A stretch of DNA of 42,321 nt from the IMG/VR virus record IMGVR_UViG_3300020045_007012, positions 1-42,321 of that record; one strand, written 5' to 3'. A program made the position numbers and the translations under genes. The notes under the pieces are model-generated. The model saw only the letters and a list, made by a program, of their open reading frames with translations, did not search any database and was not told the origin of the DNA. Below, one piece after another: positions 36,993-42,321 of this stretch. How positions within the stretch are numbered: position 1 is the stretch's first letter; the number at the start of each line of letters is the position of its first letter. Origin of the DNA: a virus (Duplodnaviria; Caudoviricetes).

Positions 36993-38933
36993 ATGATAGG
37001 AGAGGTCTATAAAAACACCCCAGTTTCTGCGTACAATCCTTCTAAAGAAATAAAGGATTTTACTGCGTTCGTCCAGAAAGACTTTCAGACCGGGGATGAT
37101 ATTCTCAACCGTCCGTGGATGGAACTGAACGATATGTCAGTGATAGAGCGTGACAACAGGGATCAGAGAACCTTCAATGCCTTCGTTGATGAGAGTATCG
37201 AAGACCCGGCTGAATCATGGAAATGGATAGGGACACGTTCTAAGGCAAGAAACAAGGCAATCGCCATGCACGCGCAACTCACGGCGGGGTACATTATCCC
37301 CATGTTCATGGCACAAAACGAGAATGATGAGGAAGACAGAGACTTTTCCGACCTTATGCGAGATGGGGCCGAGTGGCTTGTAGAGAACTCAAACTATAAA
37401 TCATCTTTCCTACAGGTGGTGATGGGAATGCTCGTGAATACTGTAACCTACATGGGGGCTGAATACTGCGAAGTGTATCAGACCATCAGGGAAAAAACTG
37501 AAAAGGGGTACACAAAGAAAGAAATCCTCGACGAGGTTCTTTCTGGTTTTCAAGCCCCAGTGTATTCTGCCTCACAGGTTCTCATTACCAATGCTTTTGA
37601 GCAGAACATTCAGCGACAACGCTGTGTGATGAAGAGACGATGGATAGAGTATTCCGAAGCACAGGCAAAATACAAAGACCACGAGAATTTTATATACGTT
37701 CAGCCAGGAGTGAACACGATATTTAACGCACAGGATAATCTTTTCTACGACATCAAAGACGAAGACCACCCATATATGGTGATGGAAGTGACACCAATGT
37801 ACCGCACGGATGACACAGAAGTATGTTATTTGGGTGGGATTTACATGGGAAATGATAACTTAGAAGCAAACCCGATCAAGCACCGGGACAACAGAAATGC
37901 TCCCAAATACGATATCGTTCCGTTCGGGTACCAGCGCATCAATGAGCACTTCTTCTTCTATAAATCTTTGATGAATGCCCAGTATTGGGACAACATGCTT
38001 TTAGATGCCCAATATCAAATAGGAATGAATCGCTCTATCCTCGATACTGAAATGCCCATTGCTATCTCTGGGAATGACAAAGTTGACACTGATGTGATTT
38101 TTCCAAATGCTGTCGTGGCATTCCAAGATAAGGATGTACGGGTCACTCCCCTTCTCCCACAGGCAAACCTAAGTAATATGTTCGCTTCAATGTCGGCTGT
38201 TGAGAAATCCATGGATGAAAGCTCTGTGTCTGATGTTTCTGCTGGACAACTCCCCGGTGGAGATCAGAAAGCTACAGGTATTGCTATTGCGGAACGAAAC
38301 GCTAAAACTCTTCTCCTTGGAGTTGGAAAGACTCTCGCAGAATCCATGGTTCAATATGGGTCTTTGATGGCGGACATCTTCGTGAATCACTTTACCGTCC
38401 CACAAGTAGACCAAATAATGGGGGAGAATATGAAACTAAAGTATCGGTCCTTTGTCCTAAAAAACAAGGTCGTGAATGGGAAGGAGGTATCAAAGACCAT
38501 TCGTTTTGATGATACTCTCCTTGGGAAGGAAATGTCTGAAGAGGAGAGAACCAACGAAGACATCAAACTTGCGATGGAAGTTGGATACCCAAATAACAAA
38601 GAGTCTATCTATCGGGTGAACCCAGAGGTATTCGCAAGAATGAAGTATCTAACAAGGATCGAGCCAGAGAGAATGTTCCCAAGAAACGAGGAATTCATGC
38701 AAGGAATGCTCACACAACTCTATACGACACTCGCTAACAACCCATTTGTTTCACTTGAGTCAATCACCCGGAAACTCCTTCACTCTTTCTTCCGTGGAGA
38801 ATCAGACGAATTGATGCAAAAACCACAAGAAAACACGATTTCACAGATTCAAAATCCAAAACAAACGGTCGCCGGACAGATGGCGCAAAACAAAGCAGTT
38901 GGAAATGGTATGGCACTTCCCGGCCTTGCCTAA
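36993..38933 (+). CDS. Portal protein (P22-like)
   Basis: 646 aa directly after terL; portal-like helical composition, ATGIAI motif, Q-rich tail. Confidence 0.75.
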   Translation: MIGEVYKNTPVSAYNPSKEIKDFTAFVQKDFQTGDDILNRPWMELNDMSVIERDNRDQRTFNAFVDESIEDPAESWKWIGTRSKARNKAIAMHAQLTAGYIIPMFMAQNENDEEDRDFSDLMRDGAEWLVENSNYKSSFLQVVMGMLVNTVTYMGAEYCEVYQTIREKTEKGYTKKEILDEVLSGFQAPVYSASQVLITNAFEQNIQRQRCVMKRRWIEYSEAQAKYKDHENFIYVQPGVNTIFNAQDNLFYDIKDEDHPYMVMEVTPMYRTDDTEVCYLGGIYMGNDNLEANPIKHRDNRNAPKYDIVPFGYQRINEHFFFYKSLMNAQYWDNMLLDAQYQIGMNRSILDTEMPIAISGNDKVDTDVIFPNAVVAFQDKDVRVTPLLPQANLSNMFASMSAVEKSMDESSVSDVSAGQLPGGDQKATGIAIAERNAKTLLLGVGKTLAESMVQYGSLMADIFVNHFTVPQVDQIMGENMKLKYRSFVLKNKVVNGKEVSKTIRFDDTLLGKEMSEEERTNEDIKLAMEVGYPNNKESIYRVNPEVFARMKYLTRIEPERMFPRNEEFMQGMLTQLYTTLANNPFVSLESITRKLLHSFFRGESDELMQKPQENTISQIQNPKQTVAGQMAQNKAVGNGMALPGLA

Positions 38934-38985
38934 ATATGATAAGATGTGGGGAAACAGGTCGAGTATTATTCACAAAACTTAAAAT

Positions 38986-39417
38986 ATGATGAATATAGGA
39001 GAATTTACGCTCGTCAACCCAGAAAAACTAGACAGAGCGTTAAATGGGGTTCAGTTGGCCAATAGCTCCCGTGTTGGGGGTGTTGGAAATGGGGCCTACA
39101 ATGAAAATGGAGTATGGAAGCGTAATGGGGAAGAACTTTCCAAGGAAGATGTGTCTTCACTTGAAAAATCCCTCCTCGCTGAATATGACCGCCTTGGGGG
39201 ACTTATCCGCAAGGGTGGAGATAAGGTGAAGACCGGCTCTTTCTACAGTTTTACTGGACGAAAGCCAAGGGAAAAAGCAGAGGTTGTATTGACCTTTATG
39301 ATCAACGGGAAACAAGTTGAGGTGAAGGACGGAGAGGATGTTCCCCCAGTAGTTCGCGCCGCACAGCAACTTCAAGAGGAAGAGTCAGAGGAGAAGCCAA
39401 AGCGCAGGAAGAAGTAA
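38986..39417 (+). CDS. Hypothetical head-module protein
   Basis: 143 aa between portal and scaffold. Confidence 0.6.
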   Translation: MMNIGEFTLVNPEKLDRALNGVQLANSSRVGGVGNGAYNENGVWKRNGEELSKEDVSSLEKSLLAEYDRLGGLIRKGGDKVKTGSFYSFTGRKPREKAEVVLTFMINGKQVEVKDGEDVPPVVRAAQQLQEEESEEKPKRRKK

Positions 39418-39420
39418 ACC

Positions 39421-39822
39421 ATGAAGGCATGGCTGATTCGTAAACTAGGAGGATTTGTCGGGGTGGATGATGTTGTAGACCACATTTATGAAACGGACAA
39501 CCTAGAAGAGAGGCAACATATCCTCACTCAGGCGGTTCGGAAACTCTACAACACCGTAGGCCCAGAGGACATCCTAAAACTACACGAGTCTGGGACATGG
39601 ACATTTCAGGGGAAGGCATTGACGAAAGAAGAGGTTCTTGGGCTAAAGAGAGAGGTAGAGGTATTCAGGGAAATGAGGTTATATAAAGTATTGGACGCAG
39701 AGTGTAAATACCAAGCGAACAAGAAAATGTACCTCGAATCCACAAGTATCGCACACCTCGAATCTGGTAAGATGATGTTGTTCATTTGGGACGTCATCAA
39801 AACCAGATTGAAGAAAATGTAA
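39421..39822 (+). CDS. Hypothetical head-module protein
   Basis: 133 aa, 3 nt after previous stop. Confidence 0.6.
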   Translation: MKAWLIRKLGGFVGVDDVVDHIYETDNLEERQHILTQAVRKLYNTVGPEDILKLHESGTWTFQGKALTKEEVLGLKREVEVFREMRLYKVLDAECKYQANKKMYLESTSIAHLESGKMMLFIWDVIKTRLKKM

Positions 39823-39844
39823 GTTCTTTTATAATCAAAAATCT

Positions 39845-39990
39845 TTATCCGGCTAGGGATAATCCGTGGGTGGCTTGAATGAGTCACGGAATCTAGCCGT
39901 TCCGTGCCTCTCCAAGTCTCCCTAACGGGAGATTTTTGCGTCAGGGGGACGTAAACCTACGGTTAATACCTAAAAAGTTGAGCGACAACT
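39845..39990 (+). promoter_or_regulatory. Structured leader upstream of scaffold gene
   Basis: Several mutually exclusive stems plus terminator-like hairpin at 39914..39937. Confidence 0.5.
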
Positions 39991-40009
39991 ATACAATCGA
40001 CGACAAAAT

Positions 40010-40708
40010 ATGTCTGAAGAAGAAAAGAAGGCCAAGGAAGAAGCAGAAGCAAAGGCGAAAGCCGAACTTGAAGCGAAGGCCAAGGCCGAGGGCGAAAAAA
40101 TTGACTATGAAGCTATTGCAAAAGCCGAAACAGAACGAGCTGATGCTGAACAAAGACGGGCAGATGAGGCGGAGCAAGCGATAATCAAAAGCAAGCTCAA
40201 AGAGAAAAAGGAAAAGGAGGAACCTGAATTAGACGAGGACGCTCCTTTGACCAAAAAAGACCTCGCCAATATCTTAAAACAGGATCGACAAGCAGTTCAG
40301 AAGGATTTGCAAGAGACAAGGGCATTGGAAATTGCGCGACAGAATACGGGAACGGAAGCTGAAGCGCAAGCGGCGGTAACGTTTTGGAAGAACCGGGTAG
40401 TTCCTACAGGAAATCTCGAAGAAGATGTGAAGTTCGCAATCGGAGGACTCAACCATAAAACCGTTGTGTCAAAGAACGCAGAACTCGCACGCGCTCTACG
40501 GAGCAAAGAAAACGCTTCAGATGACGCTCTAGGAACCCACCGAGACCCCCAACAAGGGGTTCAACCGAAGATGTCTGACGCAGATACTGCGGCTTACACA
40601 CGGGCAGGATTCACCTACGACACAACCAGCCGCCTTTGGAAGAAGAAACTCCCAAATGGGAAGTTCCTCATCAAAGACCCAAAAACCAAAGCCACCTTCG
40701 TCAAATAG
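40010..40708 (+). CDS. Capsid scaffolding protein
   Basis: E/K/A-rich coiled coil; position before decoration gene and MCP. Confidence 0.7.
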   Translation: MSEEEKKAKEEAEAKAKAELEAKAKAEGEKIDYEAIAKAETERADAEQRRADEAEQAIIKSKLKEKKEKEEPELDEDAPLTKKDLANILKQDRQAVQKDLQETRALEIARQNTGTEAEAQAAVTFWKNRVVPTGNLEEDVKFAIGGLNHKTVVSKNAELARALRSKENASDDALGTHRDPQQGVQPKMSDADTAAYTRAGFTYDTTSRLWKKKLPNGKFLIKDPKTKATFVK

Positions 40709-40769
40709 CTCATAGTCGAGAATTATTAACACCGTATCTACATGGTACGGCAAACATAGAGCTTGATTT

Positions 40770-41300
40770 ATGGCAAAAGCAGATTTACGCGTTATTGGTC
40801 CGAATGCCTCATGGGGACGCTACTTGGTTTCAGGTGGCACCGCCATTCAGGCAGGAGAACCCCTCCACTCAGTTGCGGCCTTGACATCAGGTATCGCTGA
40901 TGTGAATACCTATGTTCTTGCGGCGGCTGATACTCCAGTGATCGGAACTCATAAGTTTGGGGGCATTGCCCTCGAACCATCTGAGAACGTTGCGGCAGGA
41001 ACAGTGAAGCAACAGTTTCTCAACACCGCGAATCCTGTTCCTTATCTGGGACGTATTCGTGGAAAAGCAGAAACGACAGCATCGGTAGACACTCTTACAG
41101 AGCTTGCACTTCTTGTTCAGGACGTTACCCTGATTGACTACAGCGCGACAGGTGCGGCAGATGGCGGACAACTCTACACCATCAAAGAGGTTGGGTCAGC
41201 AGATACTTCAGGACTTGAAATTGTCGGAGGTATCCCTGCCCTTTCCCTTATTGATGTGACTGTTGACGCACGGTCATACAGACACGACGTTGCTTCCTAA
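40770..41300 (+). CDS. Capsid decoration/cement-like protein (copy 2)
   Basis: 176 aa A/G/T/V-rich, between scaffold and MCP. Confidence 0.6.
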   Translation: MAKADLRVIGPNASWGRYLVSGGTAIQAGEPLHSVAALTSGIADVNTYVLAAADTPVIGTHKFGGIALEPSENVAAGTVKQQFLNTANPVPYLGRIRGKAETTASVDTLTELALLVQDVTLIDYSATGAADGGQLYTIKEVGSADTSGLEIVGGIPALSLIDVTVDARSYRHDVAS

Positions 41301-41339
41301 TTTATAGGGAATAGTTATTCAGTTAATTAGAACAACAAA

Positions 41340-42305
41340 ATGAATCCTACAGGCGGCCACACATTTGGATTGAGTCCAGATGCGTGCCAGACAGAAATTG
41401 ACGCTGTGGCATGGGAAAAGTATCAGCGCGCTCAACAGCCGGGATACCTTTCTGCAAACGATGATTTCTTCTTCAAGCAGTCAACGTCAGAACTTCTCGG
41501 ATATACATGGGATGAAGATTCCAATGTCGGAGGGTTTGATGAGATTGACGAGCAAGAGACCATCCCAGACACAGACACATTTATTGGAAATACCACGAAT
41601 GTCAAAATGCAGAAGTGGGTCAAACAGATTCCTGTTTCTCTCGAAGCATTTAAGGCGGACGCGGTAGGAAAACGTGCGAAAATTGGTGCTCAGATTGGTG
41701 ATCGTGCTCGTCTTACACAAGACAAACGCGCCATTTTGAACACCTACGGAGATGCGTTCGTGACGACAGGCAACCTTACTCCCGATGGAGTCGCGTTGGC
41801 CTCGAACTCACACGTGCTCTTAAAGACGGGCGCAACACTCGACAATCTTGAGACTGGAGCACTTTCTGCTGACAACCTTTGGGTTGGCGTGCAGTCACTT
41901 GCGAACCAGAAAGCTCAAGACGGCGAGGCAGGCTCGTATGTGTTTGAAGGCATCTTGAATCCGTTTATCCTTTACAAAACTGCAAAGGAGACTTTGGATT
42001 CAGAACTTGTACCGTTCTCCGGTGAGAATCAGGTCAATTTCTTCGATACCGTTTACGGTACTGTAAGAATTGCGGCTTCGATTTTCCTCGGTTCGACGTA
42101 CAATGCGAACACGAATGCCAACACCTCGTTCCATCTCTTATCTTCGAGTCACATGATTCAGCGCAAAGTCTTTATGGGACTTTCCACTGACTTGATTGAC
42201 CCGACCAAGAGCTCGAATGATTCATGGGCATACCGCGCACGGTTCTTGGAGAGACATTTCCCTGAATCTTGGTGCGGTTATGTAGGCTCGAATGGTACGG
42301 CGTAA
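41340..42305 (+). CDS. Major capsid protein, Mu gpT-like HK97 fold (copy 2)
   Basis: 321 aa; TPDGVALASNSH motif; canonical position after scaffold. Confidence 0.88.
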   Translation: MNPTGGHTFGLSPDACQTEIDAVAWEKYQRAQQPGYLSANDDFFFKQSTSELLGYTWDEDSNVGGFDEIDEQETIPDTDTFIGNTTNVKMQKWVKQIPVSLEAFKADAVGKRAKIGAQIGDRARLTQDKRAILNTYGDAFVTTGNLTPDGVALASNSHVLLKTGATLDNLETGALSADNLWVGVQSLANQKAQDGEAGSYVFEGILNPFILYKTAKETLDSELVPFSGENQVNFFDTVYGTVRIAASIFLGSTYNANTNANTSFHLLSSSHMIQRKVFMGLSTDLIDPTKSSNDSWAYRARFLERHFPESWCGYVGSNGTA

Positions 42306-42321
42306 TTATTATCATCTAATC

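Noticed and set aside
1-42321. Diversity-generating retroelement or retron
   Set aside because: No reverse transcriptase ORF, and no template/variable repeat pair with adenine-specific differences seen
1-42321. Stop-codon reassignment (code 15 or 25)
   Set aside because: Core genes are full length in code 11, and TAA, TAG and TGA all end genes at tight junctions
1-42321. Integrated prophage, att sites or tRNA genes
   Set aside because: No integrase, host flanking genes or tRNA cloverleaf recognised; groEL is embedded among phage genes and too divergent to be host flank

Overview
Near-complete genome (about 41 kb plus a homologous but non-identical overlap at the two ends) of a short-tailed, P22/podovirus-like dsDNA phage, almost entirely + strand, standard genetic code. 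Gene order: decoration fragment and major capsid protein (MCP), then adaptor, nozzle, fibre and ejection genes, lysis cassette (papain-like/CHAP-like protease, holin), exonuclease, a regulatory island with small structured RNAs, replication and early genes (NinG-like, replisome organiser, repeat protein, macrodomain, MTases), GroEL-like chaperonin, ParB-MTase, terS, terL, portal, scaffold, and a second decoration gene plus MCP. I found no integrase, repressor, tRNA, CRISPR array or reverse transcriptase. Scarce Shine-Dalgarno sites, leaderless starts and A-S/T-S/T-T-rich secreted proteins point to a Patescibacteria (CPR) host; this is inference. Most notable: (1) four structural-module proteins with membrane/secretion leaders, paired cysteines and a recurring ASST-type motif, three of them with an (L/I)G(A/G) junction, suggesting an exported virion-decoration pathway; (2) two capsid cassettes with a sharp mosaic boundary; (3) GroEL without GroES in a small phage; (4) several candidate ncRNAs and DnaA-box-linked promoters. 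All family calls come from motif recognition by eye, not database searches.
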